Source: Acidobacteriota bacterium (GTDB lineage Bacteria > Acidobacteriota > Terriglobia > Acidiferrales > UBA7541). Taken from it: a stretch of 42,571 nucleotides of DNA. Of this stretch, positions 9,840 through 19,730 are shown in pieces; positions within the stretch are counted from its first letter, which is position 1; the number at the start of each line of letters is the position of its first letter. A program made the translations under genes and the position numbers. The stretch is from positions 1-42,571 of the forward strand of contig PLJR01000171.1 in assembly GCA_003140295.1 (NCBI GenBank), written 5' to 3'. The notes under the pieces are model-generated. The model was not told the origin of the DNA. It was given only the letters and a program-made list of their open reading frames with translations, and searched no databases.

Positions 9840-11228
9840 ATGGAACCTCTGCTTCTCGTCGAAGATAAGACCGAATTGCGCGCCATGTTGCGTAAGGCCC
9901 TCGAGCGTGCCGGATATGAGGTCGATGAAGCGGCCGATGGCACCGCGGCCGTGTCCAAAGTTCGCGCGCGTCGCTATCTGCTGGTGCTAACGGATTTGAA
10001 ACTTCCCGGTTGTTCCGGCCTGGAAGTGCTTCGAGAATCTAAGCTTGCCGACCCCAGCATTGCTGTGATTCTGATCACGGCATTTGGATCGGTCGAAGAA
10101 GCCGTGACGGCGATGAAAGAGGGCGCCTTCGATTTCGTTCAAAAGCCTGTCGATCTCGACCATTTGAACCTGCTGGTCGCCCGTGCGGCGCGCGAACAGG
10201 AGTTGCTGCGGGAAAATTTGCTGCTTCGCGAGGAATACACCGCGCGTTACGGTTTTCCCCGCATCGTCGGCGAGGATCCCACGATGCAGGCCACGACGCA
10301 GCAGGTGCAGCGCGTTGCGGGTACCGATTCCACCGTACTGCTGCTCGGCGAGAGCGGCACCGGCAAGGAGCTTTTCGCACGCGCCACGCATCATCTTTCC
10401 CGCCGGCACGACCAGCCCTTCGTCGCCTTGAACTGCGCTGCCATCCCGGAAGGTCTGGTAGAAAATGAGCTGTTCGGCCACGAGCGCGGCGCCTATACGG
10501 GCGCCGGAGCGCGCAAAATCGGCAAAATGGAATTGGCGCACCGCGGCACGATTTTCCTGGATGAAATCGGGGAACTGCCCCTGGCCATTCAATCAAAACT
10601 GCTGCGGGTTCTCGAGGAGCGCCGTTTTGATCGCGTGGGAGGCACGCAAGCCATCGATGTGGACGTCCGTATTGTGACGGCCACGAATAAGGATTTGCGT
10701 GCGGCCGTTGCCGCGAAAACATTTCGTGAGGACCTGTACTTCCGCATCGCGGCCGTGCCTATCACCATCCCGCCTCTCCGGGACCGTGGCGACGACGTGC
10801 AATTGCTGGCCGATACCTTTTTAGAGCGCTTCCGCCGCGAATTTCGTAAGCCCGGCTTGACGCTCACGCCCAAAGCTCGCGCGGCCCTTCGTTCCTACAC
10901 GTGGCCGGGCAACGTCCGCGAGCTGCAAAACACCATTGAGCGCGCGGCGATTCTGTGCGATGGCGATGCCATTGATACCCAGGCGCTGCAACTTCCCGCT
11001 CCTCGTCCATCGGACGGGCAGATACCCGACGGAATGCTCGCCGAGGCGTTCGAATGGGAAGGTACGATGCAAGAAGTGACCTTGCGCGCCATCGAGCATA
11101 TCGAACGCTTCAAGATTGAAGCTGCTCTGCGCGCCTCGAAGTGGAACAAAACGCGTGCCGCAGAACTGCTGGGCGTTTCCTACAAAACCTTGCTCAACAA
11201 GATCCGTGGGCTGGGATTAGAAGAGTAA
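9840..11228 (+). CDS. sigma54-dependent response regulator (NtrC/PilR family)
   Basis: Receiver domain (LLVEDK...LVLTDLKLPG); AAA+ Walker A GESGTGKE; GAFTGA-type loop present as GAYTGA; C-terminal Fis-type HTH AAELLGVSYKTLLNKI. Start taken at ATG 9840 (MEPLLLVEDK). Confidence 0.9.
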   Translation: MEPLLLVEDKTELRAMLRKALERAGYEVDEAADGTAAVSKVRARRYLLVLTDLKLPGCSGLEVLRESKLADPSIAVILITAFGSVEEAVTAMKEGAFDFVQKPVDLDHLNLLVARAAREQELLRENLLLREEYTARYGFPRIVGEDPTMQATTQQVQRVAGTDSTVLLLGESGTGKELFARATHHLSRRHDQPFVALNCAAIPEGLVENELFGHERGAYTGAGARKIGKMELAHRGTIFLDEIGELPLAIQSKLLRVLEERRFDRVGGTQAIDVDVRIVTATNKDLRAAVAAKTFREDLYFRIAAVPITIPPLRDRGDDVQLLADTFLERFRREFRKPGLTLTPKARAALRSYTWPGNVRELQNTIERAAILCDGDAIDTQALQLPAPRPSDGQIPDGMLAEAFEWEGTMQEVTLRAIEHIERFKIEAALRASKWNKTRAAELLGVSYKTLLNKIRGLGLEE

Positions 11229-11268
11229 GAGTTTGGCAGAGCGCTTGGGTAGACTGTAAACGTGCCGG

Positions 11269-12087
11269 CTAACGGCGGGCGACATGCAAGACAACGATTC
11301 CGCCCGTCCAACGCTCGAAGGCCACTTCCGCAAAACCGGCATCTCGTAGCAGCTGCGCCAGTTCCGCCGGATGCGGAAATCGCGCCACTGAATTCGGCAG
11401 GTACCCGTAGGCCTGCGAGTTTCGCGATATGAGCCCGCCAATTTTTGGCAGCACCCGACGAAAATAAAATCGGAACAACCTGCCAAAGAGAGCGCCTTGC
11501 GGCTCTGCAAATTCAAGAATGGCCAGCGATCCGCCCGGCCGCAAAACACGCCGCAACTCCGTAATTCCAGCCGCATAGTTCGCAAGATTGCGAAAACCGA
11601 AAGCAGTGGTTATCAGGTCGAAGCTCTCCGATGCAAACGGCAGATGGAGTGCATCGGCTTCGAGAAATTCAACTGTACCCTGGCGCCCGTTTGCGGCGGC
11701 TTTTTCACGGGCACGGATTAGCATCGGATGCGCAAAATCTGCGCCAAGAAATTGCTTACCCTGCCTGCTCGTTTCTCCCGCACCGCCGCTGTTTTGTGGC
11801 ACACGAAAGCGTGCCTGGGACGCCAGCGCAAACGTCAAATCTCCCGTGCCGCAACAGAGATCGAGCACGCGAATCCCAGGTTGCGCCAGCAGATCGGCGA
11901 AGCGCCGGGCCACCCGGCGACGCCAAGCCGTGTCGAACCGCAAGGAAAGCAGGTGATTCAGCAGGTCGTAACGGGGCGCGATACGGCTGAACATCTCCCG
12001 TACTTGCCGCGCCGCTGCGGCATCATCCAGCGCCCCGGCAGGCCGAGTTCCAGGCAAGGAGGCCTGCGCCCGGTCCTCAGGAGGCAT
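11269..12087 (-). CDS. ubiE: demethylmenaquinone/ubiquinone methyltransferase (UbiE/MenG family)
   Basis: FSRIAPRYDLLNHLLSLRFDTAWRR, SAM motif VLDLCCGTGD, and LRPGGSLAILEF. The internal ATG at 12087 is chosen because the longer ORF would run deep into aroB. Confidence 0.8.
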   Translation of the reverse strand: MPPEDRAQASLPGTRPAGALDDAAAARQVREMFSRIAPRYDLLNHLLSLRFDTAWRRRVARRFADLLAQPGIRVLDLCCGTGDLTFALASQARFRVPQNSGGAGETSRQGKQFLGADFAHPMLIRAREKAAANGRQGTVEFLEADALHLPFASESFDLITTAFGFRNLANYAAGITELRRVLRPGGSLAILEFAEPQGALFGRLFRFYFRRVLPKIGGLISRNSQAYGYLPNSVARFPHPAELAQLLRDAGFAEVAFERWTGGIVVLHVARR

Positions 12088-13255
12088 TGCGCTCACTGGG
12101 CCTTCCCAAATCCGCCAAAACGGCGTGGACCGCATCCGGAGGAACGTCCGCAACGGTTTTGACCTTTCCGATTTGCAGCGGCAGAACAAATCGAAATTTG
12201 CCGCCTCGAGTCTTTTTGTCGGCGCCCATAATTTCCAGCAGGCGCTTTCCACTGACGCGCGGCGGGGACGGCAACGGTCCAACATGCCTAACCAATCGCT
12301 CAATGCGCGCGGATTCGTCCGATGAAAAACCAGCTGTCCGGACGCCCAGGCGGGACGCCGCGATCATTCCCCAGCCCACGGCCTCACCATGCAGGTAGCG
12401 GCGATATGCGGTGGCTGTTTCGAAGGCGTGCGCAAACGTGTGGCCGAAATTCAAAATCTCGCGGAGTCCCGCCTCGCGCTCGTCCTGCTCCACTATGCGA
12501 GCCTTCGCGCGAATGCACCTGGGGATCACGAAATCAAGTGCGGCTTGGTCGCGACTGGCCAGTCGCTCGACATTCTGCTCGAGATAGGAGAAAAGCCGCG
12601 CGTCGCCGATCACTCCGTACTTGATAACTTCGTAGATGCCGGAGCGAAATTCGCGATTCGGCAGAGTCGCGAGCGTATCCGGATCGGCGATCACCAGTTT
12701 CGGCGGATAGAACGCGCCTACCAGGTTCTTTCCCTCCGGAAGATTTACCCCTGTTTTGCCGCCGATGGCGCTATCGACTTGCCCAACCAGTGTCGTCGGA
12801 ATATGCACCGCGCGCACGCCTCGAAGGTAGCTGGCCGCGGTGTACCCGCATACGTCTCCGACCACGCCCCCACCAACGGCAACGAGCACCGCGCGGCGGT
12901 CGGCACCCGCCCACACCAACTGCCGGCAGAGGCGCTCAACAGTGGCCATGCTTTTGCGCGCCTCCCGATCGTCAAACAGAATGGGACGCCGCACCGCCGT
13001 CCGGTCGAGCCCGAACATTATTTTGCGTCCCACATGACGCCATACGCGAGGTGAAGAAAGTAGGAAAACACCGGTATTTTCTGCGAGCGCGAGCCCACCC
13101 GCGCCCGCTTTCGTGCGCTCGAGCAGCTCTGAAACGCCTTGAGACAGGCCCCTACCATAAAGGATGTTGTAGGCACCTGAGGAGGAGCGCACGCCAATGC
13201 AAATAAGAGCAGGTAAATCGGTTTCCTTGCTAGCGGCGCGGCGGTGGGTGTTCAT
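12077..13255 (-). CDS. aroB: 3-dehydroquinate synthase
   Basis: VAVGGGVVGDVCGYTAASYLRGVRAVHIPTTLVGQVDSAIGGKTGVN and NFGHTFAHAFE. The start is either 13255 (MNTH) or 13285. Confidence 0.85.
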   Translation of the reverse strand: MNTHRRAASKETDLPALICIGVRSSSGAYNILYGRGLSQGVSELLERTKAGAGGLALAENTGVFLLSSPRVWRHVGRKIMFGLDRTAVRRPILFDDREARKSMATVERLCRQLVWAGADRRAVLVAVGGGVVGDVCGYTAASYLRGVRAVHIPTTLVGQVDSAIGGKTGVNLPEGKNLVGAFYPPKLVIADPDTLATLPNREFRSGIYEVIKYGVIGDARLFSYLEQNVERLASRDQAALDFVIPRCIRAKARIVEQDEREAGLREILNFGHTFAHAFETATAYRRYLHGEAVGWGMIAASRLGVRTAGFSSDESARIERLVRHVGPLPSPPRVSGKRLLEIMGADKKTRGGKFRFVLPLQIGKVKTVADVPPDAVHAVLADLGRPSERNAS

Positions 13256-13294
13256 GTGAAGCTGATTCCAGGCCGGTGAAGGCAACTCTGGCTG

Positions 13295-14311
13295 CTACGG
13301 GCGTGCCGCGGAATGAAATTTCTGCTCGAGTTCTGGGAGCGTTGCGATCAACACATGCCCCACTATGGCCAAGCTTCTGGGGCTGATTTTATCGAGCGTA
13401 TCCGCGGGAGTATGCCAATAGGGGACATCGTTTGAAGTGTCGAGATCGATGATGTCCACGGCAGCCACGTTGCGATGCAGAAACGGCAAGTGATCGTCTT
13501 CCATTGCTACGCGATCGTTCAGGAAAATATCTTTGTAACCCAGCCGCGCCGCAGTCGACCACACCATATCCGTCAGCCATCCTGTCGAGTTTGAATCGCG
13601 TTTGACGTGCAGATTGCGGCCGCCTACGAGGTCCGCGAGCAGCATCGCCTTTACATGGCCCAGGTCACCCGAGAGCGCCAGGCGCGCAGCGAGTTCCCTG
13701 CTGCCGTACGTGTTGTCGGGATCCTGCCACACGTCGGGGTTGAACGCCTCTTCCCCGTCGAAGAAGGCGACCCACACGGTAAGGGCATTTTTACGCGCGC
13801 AGACTAGGCGCGCCAATTCCAACATTACCCCTGTGGATGATCCGCCATCGTCCGCGCCCACGAAATTGGGCAGTCTTTTGGTGTCGTAGTGCGTGGTGAA
13901 AAGCACGATGTCCGGACTCGCGCCCGGGACCTTGGCCACGATGTTCTTCATCGCCACGCTGCCAATTGGCGTAGAAGCGTGAAAGTCCTCTTGATCCACG
14001 GGGCAGCCGAAGCTTTGCAGCTTGCCCACAATATATTGTTGCGCCCTCGTGTCTCCCTCGGTTCCGGCGCCTCGCGGTCCAATGGCCACCTGATCGGCCA
14101 CATACTGGTAAGCTTGCTGCCCGTCGAAACCACCCGTGGACTCCGCCGCCGGCGCCGCGGCCGCCGGCGTGGTTTGTCCCGCATCGGCGGAGCTCGCCGC
14201 CTCGCTGGCCGCGCCTTGTTTCCCACCGCAGGCCACCAGCAAGAGAGCGCACGAGAGCGGCGCCACCGCTCGCAGTGTGGAGCGAAGAAATCTTGAAAAT
14301 CTCATCTTCAT
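13295..14311 (-). CDS. M28-family metallopeptidase / glutaminyl-cyclase-like lipoprotein
   Basis: Lipobox LLLVACGG; zinc-ligand region HYDT, GADDGGSSTGVMLELAR, VAFFDGEE and WHTPADT. Confidence 0.75.
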   Translation of the reverse strand: MKMRFSRFLRSTLRAVAPLSCALLLVACGGKQGAASEAASSADAGQTTPAAAAPAAESTGGFDGQQAYQYVADQVAIGPRGAGTEGDTRAQQYIVGKLQSFGCPVDQEDFHASTPIGSVAMKNIVAKVPGASPDIVLFTTHYDTKRLPNFVGADDGGSSTGVMLELARLVCARKNALTVWVAFFDGEEAFNPDVWQDPDNTYGSRELAARLALSGDLGHVKAMLLADLVGGRNLHVKRDSNSTGWLTDMVWSTAARLGYKDIFLNDRVAMEDDHLPFLHRNVAAVDIIDLDTSNDVPYWHTPADTLDKISPRSLAIVGHVLIATLPELEQKFHSAARP

Positions 14312-14325
14312 CTACGCCCTTTCAT

Positions 14326-15084
14326 CTACGGCGTCCTTTCCCGCGCCAGCGCTTCCGCGGCGCGCCGCTTGCTGCGCACCACCAGCGCCGCCACGCCGAT
14401 GCTCAGCACGTACAACATGATCATCGGCGCCATAAAAATCAGCATGGTCATCGCATCCGGCGTGGGCGTAACGATAGCGGCCACCACCGAGATTATCAAT
14501 ATCGCGTAGCGGAAGTTCTTCCACAGAAATTTCGGCGTGACGATTCCGAAGAGCGCCAGCACCAAGATCACCATGGGCATCTCGAAAATTAAGCCAACGC
14601 CAAGCAGGACAATCAGCACCAAACTGAAATACTCCTCAATGCTGATCAGCGGCGTAAACGGGCCATTACCCTGGAACCCCACGAGAAATTTCAGCAGGTA
14701 CGGCAAGATCACGTAGTAGGCAAACGCGATACCAATGAAAAAAAGCGCCACGGTAGGCGCGATGAATCCAACCACAGCCTTTTTTTCGTGCTTGTACAAT
14801 CCCGGCGCCACGAAGAGCCAGACTTGGTACAGCACGTACGGGAATGCGATCACGATCCCAAGGTAGAGCCCCAGCGTAATGACCAGGTTCAAATAGCCAG
14901 CAGGATGCGTGAAGATCAGCTTATCGTCCAGGTGGGCGCTGCGCAGGGCCGCCACCATCGGCCGCGCCACGAACGCAAGCACCCGCTTGGCTACCGCAAA
15001 TCCGACGAACGCACCCAGCAGAATTGCCGCCGCGGAGTGAATAATGCGCGCGCGCAATTCGCCCAGATGCTCGAAGAACGACAT
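14326..15084 (-). CDS. tatC: twin-arginine translocase subunit TatC
   Basis: MSFFEHLGELRARI N-terminus and six hydrophobic segments. ATG 15084 is preceded by GAAGAGGGCGGTAAG. The ORF-track start at 15153 would overlap tatA. Confidence 0.85.
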   Translation of the reverse strand: MSFFEHLGELRARIIHSAAAILLGAFVGFAVAKRVLAFVARPMVAALRSAHLDDKLIFTHPAGYLNLVITLGLYLGIVIAFPYVLYQVWLFVAPGLYKHEKKAVVGFIAPTVALFFIGIAFAYYVILPYLLKFLVGFQGNGPFTPLISIEEYFSLVLIVLLGVGLIFEMPMVILVLALFGIVTPKFLWKNFRYAILIISVVAAIVTPTPDAMTMLIFMAPMIMLYVLSIGVAALVVRSKRRAAEALARERTP

Positions 15085-15124
15085 CTTACCGCCCTCTTCG
15101 GAGTCTCCGAATCGGCTGGCGGAG

Positions 15125-15601
15125 TCAGGCGGGATCGAAGTCGCCATCGGCAAGTTTTTCGTGGTGTGCTGTTTCGGTCGGAGGCACTTCGGGCGTGGGC
15201 AATTCGGAAGTAACCGGACCGCTGCCTATTTGATTGGGAGTTTTTTCAACTGAAGCTGCGTGATCTGCCGCATTTGCGTGAGCGGAGAAGTCGTTTTCGC
15301 TTCCCGTGGATGGCTCGGCCGGGCCTTCCGGAGAGAAGGGCTGCTCGGCCGAAGGCGGAGCGTCGGAAGGTGTCGCCGCGGGAGGTGACGTGGCCTCGGC
15401 GGCCGCCGCCTCTTTCTTCAGGCGGGTCTGGCGCTCCATTTCCTGCATTTCGTCCTCGATCTGCACGCGGAAATCGGTGGTGATCCGGCGAAAATCCGCC
15501 ATGGCCTTACCCAGCATTCGGGCGACTTGCGGTAATTTCTCGGGGCCCAGAACCACCAGCGCCACCAGGAAAATCACAACCAGATGAGGAATGCTCAGCA
15601 T
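15125..15601 (-). CDS. tatA: Sec-independent translocase TatA/TatB-family protein (TatB-like length)
   Basis: IPHLVVIFLVALVVLGPEKLPQVARMLGKAMADFRR is the TM segment plus amphipathic helix. It is followed by a long acidic/Pro-rich tail. Confidence 0.8.
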   Translation of the reverse strand: MLSIPHLVVIFLVALVVLGPEKLPQVARMLGKAMADFRRITTDFRVQIEDEMQEMERQTRLKKEAAAAEATSPPAATPSDAPPSAEQPFSPEGPAEPSTGSENDFSAHANAADHAASVEKTPNQIGSGPVTSELPTPEVPPTETAHHEKLADGDFDPA

Positions 15602-15809
15602 TTATTGGCGTGTCTGTGCCGCGCTCCGCGAATCTGCATCCGGAACCGGCTTACCGCCTGCGCACGGTGGTCACCCTGCGGTTCTCTTCGCGGACGGGTT
15701 TTAAGTGACAAATGACGTGCCACCCGCATCATAGAGGAGGCGTCTGGGGGTGTCAAATAGGCTCGAAATCCGTGCTATACTTCTTCCGCCGACTGAAAGC
15801 GAGGCTGTG

Positions 15810-17444
15810 ATGAAACCCGAGCGACGTGGGGCTCTCCTGGTCCTTGGAGTATTGATTCTTTCTGCTGTTCTCGGAGGGCTTTACGGCCCCTCGGTGCGCG
15901 CCACTGCTGCCGGAACCTCCGACATGCAGGACTCCATAAAAAATTTCACGCGCGTCCTCTCCATCGTTCAGCAGGATTATGCCATCCCGGTCGATACCGA
16001 CCACGCGCTCTACGATGGCGCGATTCCTGGAATGCTGCGCGTGCTTGACCCGCACTCGACTTTTTTTGATCCGCGCCAGTACGCGCTCCTTCGTGAAGAT
16101 CAGCGCGGTAAATACTACGGCGTCGGTATGACGGTCGGCCCGCAGGAAAACCACACGGTGGTGCTCGCCCCCATGCCGGGGTCCCCAGCGTCCAAGGCCG
16201 GCATTCGCCCGGGCGACATTATCCAGAATGTTGAGGGTAAGGCGACCGATGGCCTCACCACTTCTGAAGTCGCGGACCTGCTCAAGGGCCCCAAGGGCAC
16301 GGTCGTGCATATCGCCGTTTTGCGCGAGGGTTATACAGACCCGCTCGCGTTCAGTATCACGCGCGATGAAATTCCCAAACATTCGGTGGACGTTGCGTTC
16401 GTAGTCCGTCCCGGCATCGGATACGTGCGACTTTCCGGCTTCAACGAAGAAACTGATACGGAGTTGGCAGCCGCCCTTAAACAGCTCGACGTGTCCAACC
16501 TCGAGGGCTTGATCCTCGACCTCCGCGGCAATCCCGGCGGTTTACTGAACGAGGCTGTATCAATTTCCGATATGTTTCTGGACAAGAACCAGCTTATCGT
16601 TTCCCATCACGGCCGTGCATCACAGGAGCGCCGCTATTACGCGGTGCGCGGCAATCGCGGCCTGCAGGAGCCTATTGTAGTATTGGTAAACGGCGGCTCG
16701 GCATCGGCTTCAGAGATCGTTACCGGCGCGATACAGGATCATGACCGCGGTCTGGTGGTAGGCGAACAGACCTTCGGGAAGGGTTTGGTACAAACCGTTT
16801 CCCCGCTCAGTGAGAATACCGGCTTGGCGCTGACCACGGCGCGCTATTACACCCCCAGTGGGCGTCTGATACAGCGTGATTACAAAGACGTCTCGCTTTA
16901 CGACTATTTGTATAATCACAAAAATCCGCAGCCGACCGAGGTAAAGCTGACCGATGGTGGCCGGCAAGTGTTTGGCGGAGGCGGCATCACCCCGGATGTA
17001 ACGGTGAGCGAGCCCACGCCGAATCCGTTCCAGGAACTGCTGCTGCGGCGGGATGTCTTCTTTCCGTATCGGGGAGGCGTCGGCAGTTTCACCACTTCTT
17101 TCCTGGGAACGAAGCCCGAAATTACTCGCGATTTCACCGTGACCGAGGCGGTGATAGCCCAGTTCCGTCGCCATCTCGATAAAGAAAACATTAAGTACAC
17201 CGACGCGGACCTTACCGACAATCTCGATTGGGTAAAGCGCGAGATCAAGAAGGAAGTCTTTATTTCCGCCTTTGGTTTGCCCGCGGGTTACGAAGTTGAG
17301 CTGCAAAACGACCCGCAAGTGCTGCAGGCTATCGAGTCTCTGCCCCAGGCGCGGGCGTTGTATGAAAACGTGCGGAAAATCACTGCTCAGCGTGCCAGCG
17401 CACAAGCCAGTCAGCCGCTTGGCAACTTCCAGAGCCGTCCGTAA
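15810..17444 (+). CDS. carboxy-terminal processing protease (S41 family, PDZ-containing)
   Basis: GVGMTVG and PGSPASKAGIRPGDII (PDZ); NGGSASASEIVTGAIQD and TFGKGLVQT (Ser/Lys catalytic region). Start taken at ATG 15810. Confidence 0.85.
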   Translation: MKPERRGALLVLGVLILSAVLGGLYGPSVRATAAGTSDMQDSIKNFTRVLSIVQQDYAIPVDTDHALYDGAIPGMLRVLDPHSTFFDPRQYALLREDQRGKYYGVGMTVGPQENHTVVLAPMPGSPASKAGIRPGDIIQNVEGKATDGLTTSEVADLLKGPKGTVVHIAVLREGYTDPLAFSITRDEIPKHSVDVAFVVRPGIGYVRLSGFNEETDTELAAALKQLDVSNLEGLILDLRGNPGGLLNEAVSISDMFLDKNQLIVSHHGRASQERRYYAVRGNRGLQEPIVVLVNGGSASASEIVTGAIQDHDRGLVVGEQTFGKGLVQTVSPLSENTGLALTTARYYTPSGRLIQRDYKDVSLYDYLYNHKNPQPTEVKLTDGGRQVFGGGGITPDVTVSEPTPNPFQELLLRRDVFFPYRGGVGSFTTSFLGTKPEITRDFTVTEAVIAQFRRHLDKENIKYTDADLTDNLDWVKREIKKEVFISAFGLPAGYEVELQNDPQVLQAIESLPQARALYENVRKITAQRASAQASQPLGNFQSRP

Positions 17445-17579
17445 CTGTGGCCCCAATTTTGTATAGCGGCAACGCCAATTTCGCGTTGCGGCCGTACTTC
17501 TGTCCCGTCATCTCGCTTGGAATCCGGGCGATACAACGTGCCGATCTTGCAGGTCGCGAATCACGGCGACACGTGAGCA

Positions 17580-17987
17580 ATGTGTTTGTTCGGAGGCCTC
17601 TTGATCAAAACTAAATGCGCCACGTCCTTGCCCGTCGCCTTGGCTGCACTCATTCTATCGAGCACAGCGTTCGCCCACCACAGCATGTCCGCTTATGACC
17701 GGCGTCGCACCGCGACGATGAAGGGCACGGTGACCGAATTCAGCTTCTCTAACCCGCATGCCGAACTTTATTTCGACGTGCGGGACGACAAGGGCACGAT
17801 ACAAAAATGGACTGCCGAAAGCCCCAATCCCTATCGTCTGGCGAAGAGCGGCTGGGTCAAAGATTCGCTCAAGCCCGGGGATGAGATCACGGTTGTCGGC
17901 AATCCCGCGAAAAATGGTTCGCCCATTATGCGTCTGAATAAAATCATCCTGGCCAACGGCCAAAGCTTGCCCGCCTACAGTTATTGA
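17580..17987 (+). CDS. DUF6152-like small secreted protein
   Basis: A signal peptide ending AFAHHS, then HHSMSAYDRRRTATMKGTVTEFSFSNPHAELYFDV. This matches the pattern I know from proteins annotated as DUF6152. Confidence 0.6.
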   Translation: MCLFGGLLIKTKCATSLPVALAALILSSTAFAHHSMSAYDRRRTATMKGTVTEFSFSNPHAELYFDVRDDKGTIQKWTAESPNPYRLAKSGWVKDSLKPGDEITVVGNPAKNGSPIMRLNKIILANGQSLPAYSY

Positions 17988-18089
17988 GAATGCGCTAAAC
18001 ACGTGACGCACGCGTTGCAGATTAGCAGCCGCTCGCCACACACGTGCCCAACTTGAGTTGCAGTACCAGTCGAGTCTCTGTACGATTAA

Positions 18090-18114
18090 GACCTCGCATT
18101 TTTATTGCGAGGTC
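18090..18114 (+). terminator. 9-bp perfect hairpin (GACCTCGCA-N7-TGCGAGGTC) between the DUF6152 gene and tRNA-Ala
   Basis: Read directly from the sequence. There is no downstream T-run, so a terminator function is only a possibility. Confidence 0.3.
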
Positions 18115-18122
18115 GTGTCCAT

Positions 18123-18198
18123 GGGCGGCTAGTTCAGCTGGCAGAACGCCTCGTTCGCAACGAGGAGGTCGGGGGTTCGAATCCCCCGCCGTCCACCA
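18123..18198 (+). tRNA. tRNA-Ala (anticodon CGC), CCA encoded
   Basis: Manual cloverleaf: acceptor GGGCGGC/GCCGTCC with the G3:U70 alanine identity pair; anticodon loop TTCGCAA; T-loop TTCGAAT. Length 76 nt. Confidence 0.9.
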
Positions 18199-18403
18199 AC
18201 TTAAAGTCCACAAACACCCAAGTCGGAAAGGTTCGTTTATCGCCGACGCCTTTAGCGGCACAATTCTGATTGATAACTGCAAATCGCTTGACGCCGCAAA
18301 TTCAGGTGCGGCAGAGTTTGCCTGCAATTTGCGCTACGGCTCAACGACACGCGCGTCGAGGCTGACGGCGTGGTAGCAGATGCCCAAGACGTAGGTATCT
18401 AAG

Positions 18404-18814
18404 GTGAAGCAGGGACACAAGCACCGGACCCATTTGTTTATGGTCATTTTCATAGTGACCAATGTTTTAGGAAATGTCGCCTTGAGCCAAGGCTTACATC
18501 ACTCAGCCGCGACGATGTCAGCGTCTTTTTTTGATTACATCCACGCTGTTAATCCATGGACTTTAACAGGTGTATGTCTTTTGATTGTGTGGATGGCCTG
18601 CGACTTGGCGCTACTCAGTCGCGCAGACCTCAGTTACATTCTGCCGTTCACGGCCAGTTCCAACGTGCTTATTGCTTTTGCCGGTCATTTTTGGCTGCAT
18701 GAGCATATTTCGATGGCGAGAGGAATAGGAATTTTAATGATTTCATTGGCGGTACTTTTAGCAGAAACAACGCCGGACCGCACGACAAAAAAAACCAAGG
18801 ATAGCTTCCGATGA
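18404..18814 (+). CDS. small EamA/DMT-like membrane protein (half-transporter)
   Basis: 136 aa with about four hydrophobic segments. ATGA overlap with the next gene. Confidence 0.55.
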   Translation: MKQGHKHRTHLFMVIFIVTNVLGNVALSQGLHHSAATMSASFFDYIHAVNPWTLTGVCLLIVWMACDLALLSRADLSYILPFTASSNVLIAFAGHFWLHEHISMARGIGILMISLAVLLAETTPDRTTKKTKDSFR

Positions 18815-19182
18815 TTGGAATGAAGTGGCCTCTTGTGGTGATTATCGCTGGTTGCAATACCGTAGGCGATGTTCTTAATGCTGCTGGAATGAAGCGCCAG
18901 CCTGAAGTAGAAGATTTCACCCCACATTCTTTGGCTGGCATGTCTAAGAGAATCATTTCCAATCCATTGGTGTTGGGTGGCTTTGTAGCACTCGCAGCAG
19001 CTTTCTTTTCCTTGGTCTTGCTGCTTTCCATCGCCGATGTGAGCTTTGCGGTACCAGCGACGGGGGTCAGCTTCGCATTCGAAACGCTGCTGGCAAAGTA
19101 CTTGCTCAAGGAAAAAGTCGGACTACGCCGTTGGACAGCAGCCACACTAGTGGCGTGTGGAGTAATGCTGCTTCAGTGGTAG
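18811..19182 (+). CDS. small EamA/DMT-like membrane protein (partner half-transporter)
   Basis: 123 aa, hydrophobic, translationally coupled to 18404..18814. Confidence 0.55.
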   Translation: MIGMKWPLVVIIAGCNTVGDVLNAAGMKRQPEVEDFTPHSLAGMSKRIISNPLVLGGFVALAAAFFSLVLLLSIADVSFAVPATGVSFAFETLLAKYLLKEKVGLRRWTAATLVACGVMLLQW

Positions 19183-19522
19183 AGCTAAGACCGAGTGAGG
19201 CGGGGTATGGAAATCCTGCCGATAGCCCCGGTGCCGCTGAACATCCTCCTGCCTCGGGTATCCACCCAATCTTATGGAAGCTAAACATCCGATGGCTGGG
19301 ATGTACGCTTCGTCACCGTCGATGCAGTTTCCTGGTCGAGAACAAGGCCCCGTCGCTGCCATCAAACACCGCACCGAGTTTCACAGTGCGATTTTGGCGC
19401 AACTTTCGTCGACGATTATTTTGCTGGTAAATTGGGAACCTGAGCCCCCCAATAGTCCCACCGTAATTTGACAGAGAGAAGGAGGTTGCGTAACCTGTGG
19501 AAGTTCAGTGACTAAGAAGCGG

Positions 19523-19598
19523 GGGCGGTTAGCTCAGCGGTTAGAGCGTCCGGTTTACACCCGGAAGGTCGCGTGTTCAAATCACGCACTGCCCACCA
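19523..19598 (+). tRNA. tRNA-Val (anticodon TAC), CCA encoded
   Basis: Manual fold: acceptor GGGCGGT/ACTGCCC; anticodon loop TTTACAC; T-loop TTCAAAT. Length 76 nt. Confidence 0.9.
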
Positions 19599-19614
19599 CT
19601 TACGAACACAATGC

Positions 19615-19691
19615 GGGGCCGTAGTTCAGTTGGTTAGAACGCCTGCCTGTCACGCAGGAGGTCGCGGGTTCGAGCCCCGTCGGCCCCGCCA
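19615..19691 (+). tRNA. tRNA-Asp (anticodon GTC), CCA encoded; integration target of the island
   Basis: Manual fold: acceptor GGGGCCG/CGGCCCC; anticodon loop CTGTCAC; T-loop TTCGAGC; discriminator G. Length 77 nt. Confidence 0.9.
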
Positions 19692-19697
19692 GATTTT
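19643..19697 (+). repeat. attL-type direct repeat (3' 49 nt of tRNA-Asp plus 6 nt)
   Basis: 55 bp identical to 42466..42520. Similarity continues to 19709 / 42531 with one T indel and one A/G mismatch. Confidence 0.9.
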
Positions 19698-19730
19698 TCA
19701 ATGAGTTAGAAGTGCCGTCACGCATCGGCA

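Noticed and set aside
16710-17456. Long antisense ORFs opposite confident genes. Examples: 16710..17456(-), 23950..24633(+), 26422..27171(+), 10075..10722(-), 3167..4012(-), 2249..2797(-).
   Set aside because: Their translations are Arg/Gly/Pro-rich and low in complexity, which is typical of shadow frames in high-GC DNA. Each lies fully inside a gene with clear family motifs on the other strand.
17469-17489. The hairpin GCAACGC-N7-GCGTTGC after the Ctp protease gene, considered as a terminator.
   Set aside because: The stem is only 7 bp and has no T-run. It is too weak to annotate.
18786-18814. An A8 homopolymer (18787-18794) near the end of the first EamA-like gene, considered as a slippage site that would fuse the two half-transporters.
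   Set aside because: In the frame of the second gene there is a TAG at 18802-18804, between the A-tract and its ATG. A -1 shift therefore cannot produce a fusion. The ATGA overlap explains the arrangement as ordinary coupling.
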